A stretch of 64,000 nucleotides of DNA. Source: Lingula anatina (taxonomy: Eukaryota; Animalia; Brachiopoda). The notes under the pieces were generated by a model. The model did no database searches. It worked only from the letters and a program-made list of their open reading frames with translations, and was not told the origin of the DNA. The translations under genes were made by a program, and so were the position numbers. The stretch's first letter is position 1, and every line of letters begins with the position of its first letter. The DNA lies in NCBI GenBank assembly GCA_051362555.1, contig CM120641.1, positions 9,176,001 through 9,240,000 of the forward strand, given 5' to 3'. Below are positions 26,293 to 39,200 of the stretch, one piece after another.

Positions 26293-29200
26293 ATGATGAT
26301 TCCCATGCATAAGTTTCACCGCTTGATGCATGTTGATGTGCCACGTTGGCTTCTCAAGCAGAATCTACAAGCACCATTTTTTGGCCAGGCACGTTATTTA
26401 AGTAGTGGAACAGTTGCTAAATCCAGTTCTGTACCAAGAATTTGTGTAGTAGGAAGTGGCCCAGCAGGGTTTTATACTGCTCAGCAGTTGATAAAGGTAT
26501 ACAAGACAAAATGTGACTTTTAAGTACCTGATTAATTCTTTTTGCATTAATGAATTTTTTTTTTTTTTTTTTTTTGATTTACACCTTTGTGAGAAAGGAA
26601 ACTTCTGTATTAATAACACGGTTACATTGTACACTCACATTTCCAAGGTTTATCATCTGACACTGTGTTCTTGTTTTTAATTAACATTTTAAATTATGGA
26701 TTTTACAAGAATTAAAAAGCCTTTTGGATATGTGTCTGAACACTATGAGTCATTGCTCATTATAGAGATAACAAAATGTCCCCTCTGTACATTACAGGGA
26801 CATCCAGAGTTGGAGGTAGATATTTATGAGAAGCTCCCTGTTCCCTTTGGTTTGGTTAGATATGGAGTGGCCCCAGACCACCCAGAAGTCAAAGTAAGAC
26901 TTGCTTTTTCAAAATAAGTTTAGCTAAAAGAATATGAAGTCTTTTTATCTGAACCAGTTAGACTGTATCTAGTAAGGCATAATAATAATTAAGTAGATGA
27001 ATATGAAATAAGGTACTAAATGAATTAAATAAAAAAAGATTATATTCTTTAGAAGATCATGACCATTATGTTCATTTTGTTATACTGATTAAATGTTTCT
27101 GAATAATTTTTCACTACTTATAACGATAAGTTGAGTAAAATTAAACACAGATTTAACTTAATCATTTCAGAATGTGATCAATACATTTACAAAGACAGCC
27201 CAGAATCCCCGCTGTTCCTTTATTGGAAATGTTTGCATTGGAAAAGATATTCATGTGAAAAATTTACTGCAGGTTTATACTGCTGTTGTACTGGTAAATT
27301 TTTTTTAGAATGAAACCCTATGTGTTTTGGGTTTTCATAGCTTTACTTGCTTTTGTACGTGTAAAATTAAGCTCTATGTTATTTTTCATTTCTTTGATTT
27401 GCCATCATGGTGAGAATGTTACTGTGCTTATTGTTTGTAGAATTTTTTATCATTTTATAAATATATGGCTGCCTTGAAATGACTTATTAAAGTAGCAGCA
27501 TAATAAATTCAAGAATAACTACTTGATGCATATGGTGACTGTTAAAGTACATAATATTTGCCAGTATGAAATCTAATTATTTGCAGTTTTTTCTAAGGAT
27601 ATTTAAGCAGGGATTAATGTGTAAAAAGCTGAAAATATAAAAGAGGAGGTTTTATCCCTGATCTTATGATGTCAGATGAGATCTTGTACTGCAACAGTAA
27701 GAGGCTCTAAAAGATTAATCTCTTTTCTGTAGGCATATGGTGCTGACAAGGAAAAGCTCTTGGGGATTAAAGGCGAAGTAGGTAGAGCAGGTGCCACTGC
27801 TGCTTTATATTTATATACATGATCCTTCATAAATTAGAACATATTTGATTGATGATATTAACCAAATCTTTTTTTTTTTTTGCTAGTAAACGTACAAAGA
27901 TTGAGCAAAAGTTCATAAAGGGGACTTGGGCACAGCTGTTAAGTTTGTGATTGAAAAAAAACTGATAAAACTAAAGATACTGAAATGAAATATTGAAATA
28001 AGTAAAGCATTTGAAATTTGTTAATGAACAGTGTAACAAACAAATCTGTTATGCTTTATGCCTGTTTTGTTTTAATTTATAAAATTATATGCTTTTACTA
28101 TAAAATTTCAAAAAAAGTAAAAAGGTTAGTAAACAATTATGTAATATATTACACAATGTGTAATGATCCATCTTTATACCTGTTTGTTAAAAGCAAAATT
28201 GTTTCACAATAGAACTATATTGTACTTTTTATTGCTTTTTATCCAGAAGTATTGTAATTCCATGTGAAATAATAGAAATGTATTAAAGTAAATTATTTAG
28301 GTATAGGTGCATATTTTAAACAGACCAAACAACATGAAGGTATAGAAATACACATTGACACTATAGATTATTTATAGAGAAGAAGGATGCATGCAAAATC
28401 ATCTGTGTCTGGCACCAATCAAAGAACAAGATATTGAGACATTCCTGCTTTTTTTTTTTTAATTTGAAAGTTATTTTGATTTTTTTTAGGAATTGTTCAT
28501 TAACTCCACCTTTTAAAGCATTATTATATTGTATTTCAGAATCTAAAAGGTGTTTACTCTGCCAGGGAGTTTGTGGCATGGTACAATGGACACCCAGACC
28601 ATGTAGATGTTAGTATATTAATTATGACAATATTAACAGAATTTAAATTCAACTGTTTTAGGGGTGCTTGGAAATGGTTGTATGTAGATTTAAAAGGTTC
28701 AATAGTTAATATATTCAATTTATTTGTTAATGTATTTTTAACATTTTACTAATGAAAATACACTAATTTGCTGTTTTAATGATAAGTATTATAGATGTTG
28801 TCTTACACAGAGACATGGAGAGAATTATGTTTGTTACATTCCATTGATTCAGAAATAGCCTACATGAAGACAAATAGGTTGAAAATAAATCTGTTACCCT
28901 GATATAGTGCCTAGATTAAGTCTATATTTATCAGTTCTCAAGGGAATTTATGCTTTAAAATTGGAACGATAAGGGCAATAATTGGTTCTAATAAATGAAT
29001 CTTAAATAAAATACTAGTAGAACAGACTGATTCCAGAAAAATTATCAAAAGTGGATCACAATTGACTTACACCCCATTTCCATAGATTAGATCGACCTAC
29101 TTTAGATCGACCTAACTCCCTGGGGGTTCACGCTAAATAGCTGTCAGCCGGGCAGACACGAAAGTTAATTACCCTCTTACAGCTTGTAGTAGGCGGGACG

Positions 29201-32200
29201 GACATTTAAGTCGGATTATCTGAAAGTAATCTAGTGAGACTCCCCGTGGGGATAGATCGATCTAAAATCTATGGGAATAGAGCCTTACATGTTTAAATCT
29301 GAATAATGTGCCTGCCTATGTTTCTGTGGAGTATTTTGCTTGTTAATAATTTATTTTCATTACTGTTGTAGTTGCCAGTAAATTTAGATGGGCAGACAGC
29401 CTTAGTGTTTGGTCAGGGAAATGTTGCTATTGATGTGGCCAGAATGTTGTTGAAAAGTCCAGACATGTTGAAGGTGAGTGCCCATTGCAAAAATATTCAG
29501 GTAATAGTATGCAGAGAACAGCTGGAAAATGTTCTGATCACACCAATTTTTTATGTTAGATATACTTAGTGGCTTTGTTTGGTAAAAAGGCAGTTCAAAA
29601 ATCATTAAAAAATCAGCATGATTGGATTATTTTAGAGAAGTTATTGTTTACTGGAATCTGCATGTTTATGTTAAAATGCAGCAATGAGAAGAATTTTTTC
29701 TGTGAAGTGTCACTACTGCTTTCTTGTTCATTCTTTGATTATAAATAATTAAGCATATGAACAAAATGAATTTTAGAATTTAAATTTAAGGATTCAGGTG
29801 TAATAGATAAATTGAAATTTCAAAATTTTGGCTATTTTTAGGAAACAGACATTACACCTAGAGCACTGAATGTCCTAGAAAAGTCCCAGGTCAAAAATGT
29901 GACTCTTCTGGGTAGAAGAGGACCTATGGAAGCTGCTTTCACTATAGCAGAGTTCAGAGAGATGACAAAACTGCCTTCTGTGCACACTGATCTTCTGGAG
30001 AATGACTTCAGTGAAATAGCAAAAATAGTAGATAGTATGTGCAATTTATACCTTTTTTGTCTGTTTTTTTCCATGTTTGATTTTCTCACCATTCACCTTT
30101 AGAATTTGCAGTAGTATTTGTTTTATAAATCACTGATATATTTCTATCAGTGTAATATCCAAGAAGACATTTATTGAACTTAAATTAGAAATTAATCATT
30201 TTATGAAATCAAATATTTATGGACAACAAAGGTTGATATGACCATTAATATAAAACAAAATTAGTAAAGTACATATTGCATCAGGTTATTTGGTATTTTC
30301 ATTTATCGGTAGGCATAAGACCTCCTAGAAAAAGACTGATGTCCCTTATGTGTAAAATAGCAGGGATGCCAAACAGTGGTGGCAGTTGTCGCGAATTCCG
30401 GTTACGCTTTTGCAGATCACCAGTTGAAATACTGCCATCTGAAAATGATGAAGAACATGTTGGGGGTGTGAAAGTCATGTTGAATAAGTTGATAAAGGTA
30501 AGACATACATGTACTTTACACTGCATGTAAGGCTAACTGTATATAAACAGTTAGCCTTACACTGCATGTAAGGCTAACTGTTTATATACATGCAAGAAGT
30601 TCCTCTTCAACCTTGAGAGCTAAACCTGGGGATTACAGAGGGATTACAAAGTGGGAGATTACAATCAAGCATTGGTCTGTCTAATTAATGTCCACAGATG
30701 ACCACAAACATCCACAAGCTTAAAAAGGTTGGGAGATTGGTTAATGTAGAAGCATTTGACAAGAGAAGGTATTTAAGTTGGAAAATAGCATATAATACCC
30801 TAATATATAGGCCTACTGAACAATAAGAGAGAGAAGGGTTGTGTCTACAAGCGCCGACGAGCAACCACAAGCGTCTTGGCGCTTGTGGACACAACCACAT
30901 TCTCTGTTATCATTCAGTAGGCCTACATATTAGGGCATTACTGGTATATGCTGTTTTCCAACTTACAATACCTTTTTATGTCGAAAATATATATATTAAC
31001 TGATTTACCAACTAAACCAATTCATGCTTGTGGACGTGAGTGAGTGGACTTTCATTAGACAGCAAGCATTAATTTCATTAAGTTCAACAAAAAAAAAAAA
31101 TTGTTGAACGCCATTTTAAATACAGTCATTACATTAAAACCTGATTTAAAATGCATGTGGGTTTGATGCACAAATTAAATAATTATGATTTAAGTAAAAG
31201 AAAATGCACAGCTGGCAGAGTCAATCATATTGTGGTGTTGGCTGAATGTGTGACAGACTGCATATATTGTTGGAATGTTGGCAAATAGCAAATTTATTCT
31301 TAAGTTGAGAAGCTGTGCATTCAGAAAAAAATTTAGGGGGTGAGATGGCCTGGGTAACAGAAATTATGTATTTGAATGTGAATATCAGTGGGAATTATCC
31401 AAAATAACCTAAATTAAAGCATTTGGCACTGTATGAAATCAAATGTTGTGAAAAGAATTGTGAAATCCCTTCTCATGTTGTTGAAAAAAGGGGGCCCAAT
31501 TTCCCCTGCCCCCCCCCCCCACACACACAGGGGCACACACATGCACTGTGAAAATGTTATGTATAATCCTTTGAAAAAATATCTACACTGTATTATTTAT
31601 ATTACATATGAACAAATTTGATCAAGATCTATCAACAATATATATTTTAAAGAAAAAATCATAATGACAATTTTTTTAGTAGAGCCTGTAAATGACAGCT
31701 TTAAATGTCAGTAGATACTACCTGTATGTTTAAAGTTTACAGACAAAAAGAAAAGAACAGGGTTATTATTCAAATGTCCTTTATCTTTGGTGTGTGATTT
31801 CTTTGTGGTATTTTTCGTTTTTGATAAGAATATTTTTTTAAGTGGATAGATTGATGTGATCTGCTGTAAATACATGTATTCTACTTGCTCTTGTTTTCAC
31901 AATGGCTAGTACAAATTAATTTTGATAAATTGATATCTTCAGCATCCCAGTGGTAAAGTTACCAGTGAACCAACAGGTGTGACTGAAGACATTCCATGTG
32001 ACCTTGTATTTAGAAGTATTGGCTATGGTGGTCAGACTATTGATGAGGATGTACCATTTGATCTGGATAGAGGGGTGGTGAAACATGAGAGAGGAAGAGT
32101 CCACAGCATGCCAGGTTAATTAAAGCAATTGTGATTTTGAGACAACTTTTTCATTTTGAATTTAATTGCACATTTGCATCACTTGTGTATCAAGTCGAAT

Positions 32201-33233
32201 ATCTCTGAATCTTAAAGAGAGCAATTAATAGTTATTGGAGTAGAGTATGGGTGATATGTGAAGATATGAAACTCAGTTTTAGGAAATGGTTTGATCCTAG
32301 ATCATAGTATTTGAATAAAAAACAAAGTAGAAGATATGGTGGTACATGTATATATCTTTCAAAATGGCTATAATATGATTCATATGATTCTCAAGCTTAT
32401 TCATGCACTTGTGAAGTTTCTATAACATCATTAATTGTCAACTGAATAAATACTGTGTAGTTATGAAAATGCTAATACATGTATAGTATGCTTGTGTTTG
32501 TTAGGTTTGTACTGCAGTGGTTGGGTAAAGACAGGCCCAGTGGGAGTACTGGTCAGCACTATGAATGACTCCTTTGATACAGGACAAACAATATTACAAG
32601 ATCTTAATGATGGTATATTACAACCCTCTGAGAAACATACTGGAAAGGAGGCTCTGTTAAAACAATTAGGAGACAAGAGTAAGTGATAATATATTACTTG
32701 CCAGAACAGGAAGTAGTATTAGGTCATATGCAGGGCATTGTGCGCTGGGATACATGACAGGCATATAGAGACAAATCAGGGATGGAAATTAATAGCCAAA
32801 TATGACTTTTCAATATTCAGTCAATGCATTTCATTTCTCCTAGAGACAAGGGGAAGCATTGCAGGTTCATAGAAATATGCTGGTAGTACATGTACACACC
32901 AGTGATGATCCACTTTGAACAAAGGCTTGGACCCAATGCTAAATTATACAATCTATATGTTATATATAATGTGTTTATTGTTTTTTGTTTGTTCCCTTTG
33001 TGATTGTCAAGTGACCTCAATATATTCTCTAAAAACAAAAATTACACAAAAATTAAAATTCTCTTTGATGTTTAGTCATTGACTTTATTTATTATACAGG
33101 TACCCAGATTGTTGATTTTGATGGCTGGCTGAAGATTGACAAAGTTGAAATAAGTAGAAGCAGTGACAGTAATCCAAGCCCTAGAGAAAAAATTGTGAAT
33201 GTTGATCAAATGCTTCAAATTGCATCGACTTGA
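26293..33233 (+). CDS. FDXR: NADPH:adrenodoxin oxidoreductase, mitochondrial (ferredoxin reductase)
   Basis: Exons 26293-26496, 26798-26893, 27171-27293, 27733-27777, 28540-28608, 29372-29473, 29842-30034, 30313-30497, 31943-32114, 32505-32678 and 33100-33233. Motifs: [12 protein letters not shown] (FAD), [48 protein letters not shown] (NADPH GxGxxA), [38 protein letters not shown]. Confidence 0.96.
29070..29284 (+). mobile_element. PIF/Harbinger (Tourist-like) MITE, 215 bp, copy 1
   Basis: Imperfect TIRs containing AGATCGA(C/T)CT, a 3-bp TTA TSD, and a near-identical inverted copy at 63139-63353. Confidence 0.88.
30680..31062. mobile_element. Foldback/MITE-like palindromic element in FDXR intron 8
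   Basis: Long inverted arms: AAGGTATT.AAGTTGGAAAA.AGCATATA...CCCTAATAT.TAGGCCTACTGAA...GGTTGTGTC.ACAAGCGCC pairs with GGCGCTTGTGGACACAACC...TTCAGTAGGCCTACATATTAGGG...TATATGCTGTTTTCCAACTT. The outer arms are degenerate. Confidence 0.8.
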
Positions 33234-36074
33234 GCACACATAATCAATCTAGTTTGAATAATTTATGTTAATGCGCATTATACCAGGTCCAGCACCAAAA
33301 CCTTTTGTATGCTGCAGTGGTATGTATGTAGACATTACAGGATGCAAAAATATGCAGATAAGGATGAAAAAATGACAGATAGGCTTAGATATACATCATT
33401 TTGAAACCTTGTTTCAGGGCAGTATAGAAGCTAGTCATCATGCAAATTGGAGGATAGGAGAGAGAAATTTAGATGGCGACCAAAAGTGCAGAATTTACTT
33501 TGAAATAATGGCAGATAAAGATATAGAAATAATTTAAATGTGTATTTCATCAGTGAAAGATGGAAGCATCATGCATAATTTAAGGATTTTCAGTCTTCAT
33601 TTTAATGTTGTTGTTTTTTTTCATATTGTCTCATGTAATGAGAAATTGCAAGGTAGAATTTAACAATTTTCACTTTACCTCATGGCATTTTAATTTCTGT
33701 AAGTTGATTAATAAGAATGTATAATATCAAATCATCTAAAAAGATGTGAACCATTTTTGATACACATTTTATTAAATAATAGAATTTTCATTTTTTGTAT
33801 TTCTATTGGTGCTTGATGTACATGTATGTATATATCAGCTAGTTTCTTTGATATTTTAAAATTTTTTAATTTTTGCAAAAAAAAAAAAAAAAATGCTGTT
33901 AAGATAAAGCTTCTGTAGTTTTCTCCCATATAGTTGACTGTAGTACTATTAATATACAGTAATAGTTCCTCAGACTTTGTCTGAAAACAGGAAATGCAAT
34001 TAAGCAATTGCACTTATACCTTGATGAAGTCATGTGACTTAGAAAAGGTGCCATTTTTTCTTTCTATTGTTCATTTTTTCATCTGGATTTAGTACTTCTA
34101 CACTTTTTGTTTTTGTGCCTAGAAGGTGCCAGGTACTTTTCTTTTTCCCAAATATTTCCTTTAGAATTATAAAACTATTTCCATTGGTGACACTGAAGAT
34201 TGATAACATGCCGTAATTTTACTTAATCTGAATAAAGCTTTTACTAAAACATAATTAAGTTGAAATTTTATATGAACTGTTTTGCATTTTATTTTTTAAA
34301 AAATTAGGCCAGGGTAATATGTTATCCATTACCAGTATATCTGCTGGCATTTCTATTTCAGTCTGTTTATTTTAATACAAGAAAGAAAAGTACATGCACT
34401 GCCATTAATTAATTCACAAACACGTACTGGCCTTAAAAAACTGTTGCTTACTATTATCCAGCATGATGTAGTACTACAACTGCTAAGTATATAGTATGAA
34501 CACGTGTATATTGTATCAACAAGTACTGGTATAATGTGCAGGTGCCTGCAGTGTAAACTTGATTCATGAAAACGATGTAATGCAAAATTGAGACTTTAAT
34601 TGACTCCTTATGTGGGGCTCTAATTTAAGCAATATATTCATATTATGTAAGGAGGAGTACAGTTTTTTACAATTTGCAATTTAAAATGAATTGTGATCAA
34701 CTTTGCTGAAATATGTCAAACAGAATATATTTTGTGATAAACATAAGACAGGATATCCTCACATTGACATACAGTATGTTATCTTAAATTTGATACTTTT
34801 CATTTATGTCACATACATGTAATTATAGATGTATGAGTTGAGACCCAGCATTATTTGGCAGGAAGTATACGTAGCATTATCATATTTTACAGTCATCTAG
34901 GATCCAGACAATCAAAACCAACTTCCCTCCTAAATGGCCACCTTCATATTTTTCACCTTTGCACTCCTCCTGATTTTATCTTCACACATGGTTATGTGAC
35001 AAAGTGAGGTGAATGTACTGGACCTTATTAGCAGATAAAAATCTGATAAAAGCTAGTACAGATATCAAATAAATGTTTCAATTACAGTTGATGTTTTAAT
35101 TACTCATAAATGCAAACACCTTGCATTTTATTTTCAACATTTTATAATTTCAAGTTTCACATACGTACTGTACTGTACAGGATGAGTGCACACAAAAGAT
35201 CAACTGACAAGAAAGTAATTGATTTTTCTGCATTTATTGTCTATTCGTGTAAATACATTGCTATTCCAGGACGAAAGTAATCATTGTTGAGAATAATTTC
35301 CGTAATTGCCCTCATATCCTGAACCTCAGATACTGGGGTTTCCTAGATAAGTCTGAGGTATCACTGTAGACAATTAATTATTAGTACAGAACGTGTATAA
35401 TACTACACAGATAAAAATCAGTGGTAGATACATGTACAGGTTTTTCCCATGAGTTGGATGTTAGTTTATGACTGATAATTCACAAGACGAGATGTGATAA
35501 AAAGTTGAATTTATGTGTGTGGGTGTGTACAGTACTGTATATGTGACACAAATGTGAGTGAGGTGCATTTTTCTTCATCGCTTTTAAACAAAATTAATAA
35601 TAATGAATAAAAATAAGAAATGAACGTAAATGTAAATAAAAAATGTGATTAGAAAATGATTATTATGATGAAAGAAGATATATAATTATGAGTAAATGAA
35701 ATGAAAAATGATAGAAATTAAATAAATACAGTAGGTATATGAGTTAATAAAATGAAATGAAAAAAGACATAAATTAAAGAATAAATACTTTTAAAACTGA
35801 AGAGATATATAACACAACACAACAAAACTTTATTAGGTAACCTACCATTACCTGAGCAAGAACAGTACCTTTGTTTAGCTTAAAAGCCAACTAAAACAGT
35901 GTTATTTCGATCATTATGTTACAAAGACAGACAGAAAAAAAGAAGAAAACGTTTTAATTTTAATATCTTAAGTCATTGGGCAGAAAAGGCATATCATTTA
36001 AACGATAAACGATAAGGAGGAAATATGCTAAATGGAACTTAATTGCCCCCTTTCTATTTAGGACACATATTATT

Positions 36075-36160
36075 AAATTTAGCCAATCAGAAAAGAACAC
36101 GCACTGCAAGCCCGAATATAAACGCATGCGTATAATGCCCGGCCTCTTTGCCACGTTGAA
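36075..36160 (+). promoter_or_regulatory. PDI proximal promoter with ERSE-like and XBP1/UPRE-like motifs
   Basis: CCAAT-N9-ACACG at 36083-36101 (the ERSE consensus is CCAAT-N9-CCACG), TATAAA ~36117, CGCATGCG ~36123 and GCCACGT 36150-36156. Confidence 0.6.
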
Positions 36161-36218
36161 ATACGTACGATACTCACGGAATCACTGCTTGCTCCTTAAA
36201 CATTCCCGTTTCTCAATC

Positions 36219-39200
36219 ATGAAAGTATTGAGTGTAATTTGCTTAGCCATTTTGGCTTTAACAAATGCTGCTGATGTCAAAGAAGAAGAAGACGTACTTG
36301 TCTTGGGCAACGACAATTTTGATTCGGTTATAGAAAGCACCAAGTTCATTCTTGTGGAATTCTGTAAGTACCTTACTTGTAAATCATTGTACCTTAAATT
36401 TCCAAAGATGAAGACAACGTGTTGTGCTAATGTTTAATATTTTCACTATTTTGGGGTGTTGAGGAATGTTCAACTTCAACGTTGTTTGTTTATCTATTGA
36501 AACCTTGACAACGGTTATTACAGTTGTATTGTCCGATTGCATGTCTGTCGTCTGTTAACCAGAGTGGTGGCGGTACATTAAAAACGCACCTTGCCTCTTT
36601 TTAGTGCTGTCGCAAACGCTTCTTTAAGGTTCATGGTATTTTCTTTTGCTGCCCCGTATTACTGTAATGAAGTTATTTATAACGGAACTCGTGGAAATAT
36701 TTTCCATATGGTGCATATCAAGCTGGCACCTTTTAGCACATGTTGCACAGAATCGTGTTGTAGTTACAAATGTGTTTTGGAGAAAATAAAGTTTGTCTAA
36801 TCTCAAGAAATACAAACTGTATCATTGCGACACAAAAAGGAAGTTTTAATGCCATGCATACTCTGATTACATGATGTAGAACATTCTGCAACTCATTTCA
36901 GTTGTAATAATGTATTTCCTCTTGTTTTGCATTGAACTGGGAAATGTTCAAGATCATCTCTCACTTGTGATTCATAAATAGTCACGCCAATATGTTAGTT
37001 TATGAATTTGATATCTAAATGGGCAGTATATAGCAGTTTTAGTCTCATGCCCTGTCCTTTAGAGATGAATGGCTGGAATGGAATAAATGGACATAAAACA
37101 TGGTTAGTGTTGTTGTGCTAAGGGGCATAAAATAGTTTTTATTTCCATGTGGTTTTATTAATAATTTTATGACAACAGCTGAATTGCTATCTACTTCAGT
37201 AGTCTAAACTAAAATATAATGAATTAATGAACCCTCTGTTGCAAAATTATTTTCCTTTCTATCCATAAGTTTGATTTGTTAACCAGATGCATTGTTTATT
37301 AATGTTTTAGTAAGACAGCACTTTTTAGAGACATATTTTTTACTTTGGTGCAATTTATGTGGCTGCCATAGCTCCATATGGTGACACATGTTGGTACTGA
37401 TGGTATCTTTGGTTGGACTGAGCTGGCAGCCCTACCTAGGCTCCATTTATGTGGTGACACGTGTTGACTAATGGCTGGTTGGTTCCAGGAGTAGTTTCCT
37501 TATGAGCTGGGTCAGGATTCAAGTTTTTGTTCTCATATCAGCACCATCTTGAAGCATTTTTGTTTGTTGATCTGATGTTTTGGCTATTGGACATATTTTC
37601 TTTTTATAGGTGGTGATATTCTGATACCAATCTTTTATTCATCTCAATAACATCCTGTTGATACAAATCACAGGCTTCAAATATCTGCACTTATTGGTGT
37701 GCAGTCTTTGCATCTCATATCTTGTTTGAAAGAACCCATATCTTATGTGTTACATATATAACCTAGAAAGATTGTGTGTTTCTAACAAGTTAGGCTAATT
37801 GTGGCATACAGACAATTTGGTTTGGTCAGCAATATTATTTGTATGATGCTGTTCATAAGGGTCATTGTGCTTTGTCAGATTTTGACTCATTGGCCACATT
37901 TTCAAAAAATAATTTTTATGTTGAATGGAAGACAAAACTGTTTATATTACATTGAAACCATACAGTTGTAAATTATTTGTGTTAATTACAACATTGCATT
38001 TCACTTTTCTCAATTAATATTTTCTGAAGCTTCTTAATTTGAATAGGTTGAATAGTCCTCGTCCTCTAATGTTCATTTGAAAACATATTTAACTCTGTTT
38101 ATAAAGGACTTGGATTGAAGTTCAGTGTATTAAATTCAGATAAAGCTGAGAAAAAGTTGAGCAAGCATTTTGACCACTCGTCAGTTATTTTGTAGCCTGC
38201 CAGTTAATTTCAGTTTGACTTGTACAAGAAGTATGCATGAATAGGTTGATGAGTATTGATAAGTGACAAGACTGGGCTTTTGCTAAAAACATAAAGCTAT
38301 ATCTATTGATTATTTTCTCTTATTTTAGATGCCCCATGGTGTGGTCACTGCAAAGCTCTTGCCCCAGAATATGCCAAGGCTGCCAAAGCACTCAAGGAAG
38401 AGGGTTCTGATATTAAGCTTGGCAAACTTGATGCCACAGTTGAGACTAGTGTGGCTGAGAAGTTTGAGATCAGAGGTTACCCCACCCTCAAGTTCTTCAG
38501 AGACGGGAAGCCAGTTGAATACCAAGGTATGCAATGATAGAAGTTACAAGTATAATATATTTTGGCATATTGTTATAAAGTAGAGCAAACAAAATATATT
38601 TTAAAGATAAAATTAATGTTGTTCTTTATGTAAATATAGAAATAACTAAAAAATGACTTACATTAAATGATATTAAACTCCAAGTCAGTGATGTAGGTTT
38701 TTATGATAGGCATACTTATTTTTTTGTTTTTTGTGATAGGTGGCCGAACATCTACCGAAATTGTCAACTGGTTAAAGAAGAAGACTGGTCCACCAGCCAA
38801 GGCCCTCTCTGGTGTGGAAGAGACTAAAGAGTTCATTGGTGCTCAGGAAGTTGCTGTTGTTGGATTCTTCAAGGTATTTTTTTCATTTGGTGGTTATTAG
38901 TACCACCAGCGTGTACGCTGGCGGTACTCATGGTTTTAGTCCCGACCCGTATCGTACGGCTCCGTAAGCTCCGCCGGCTCCGTGAGCTCCGCCGGCTCCG
39001 CAGGGTGGCGTGGGATACAAGTCACCATTACCGCTTCTCCTCCTAGACTGCATGGGCCTGTGTCCCCATCTCTTGGATTTAGGTCACATATAATCTCAAC
39101 TTGAACCCCCTAGTTTTTTTGTCTCGATTGGTGCAATTGCCTGGGCATGACGCTCGTTGAAATGCACCCTTGTCAAAATTTTTGAAAATTCAATGCTATA

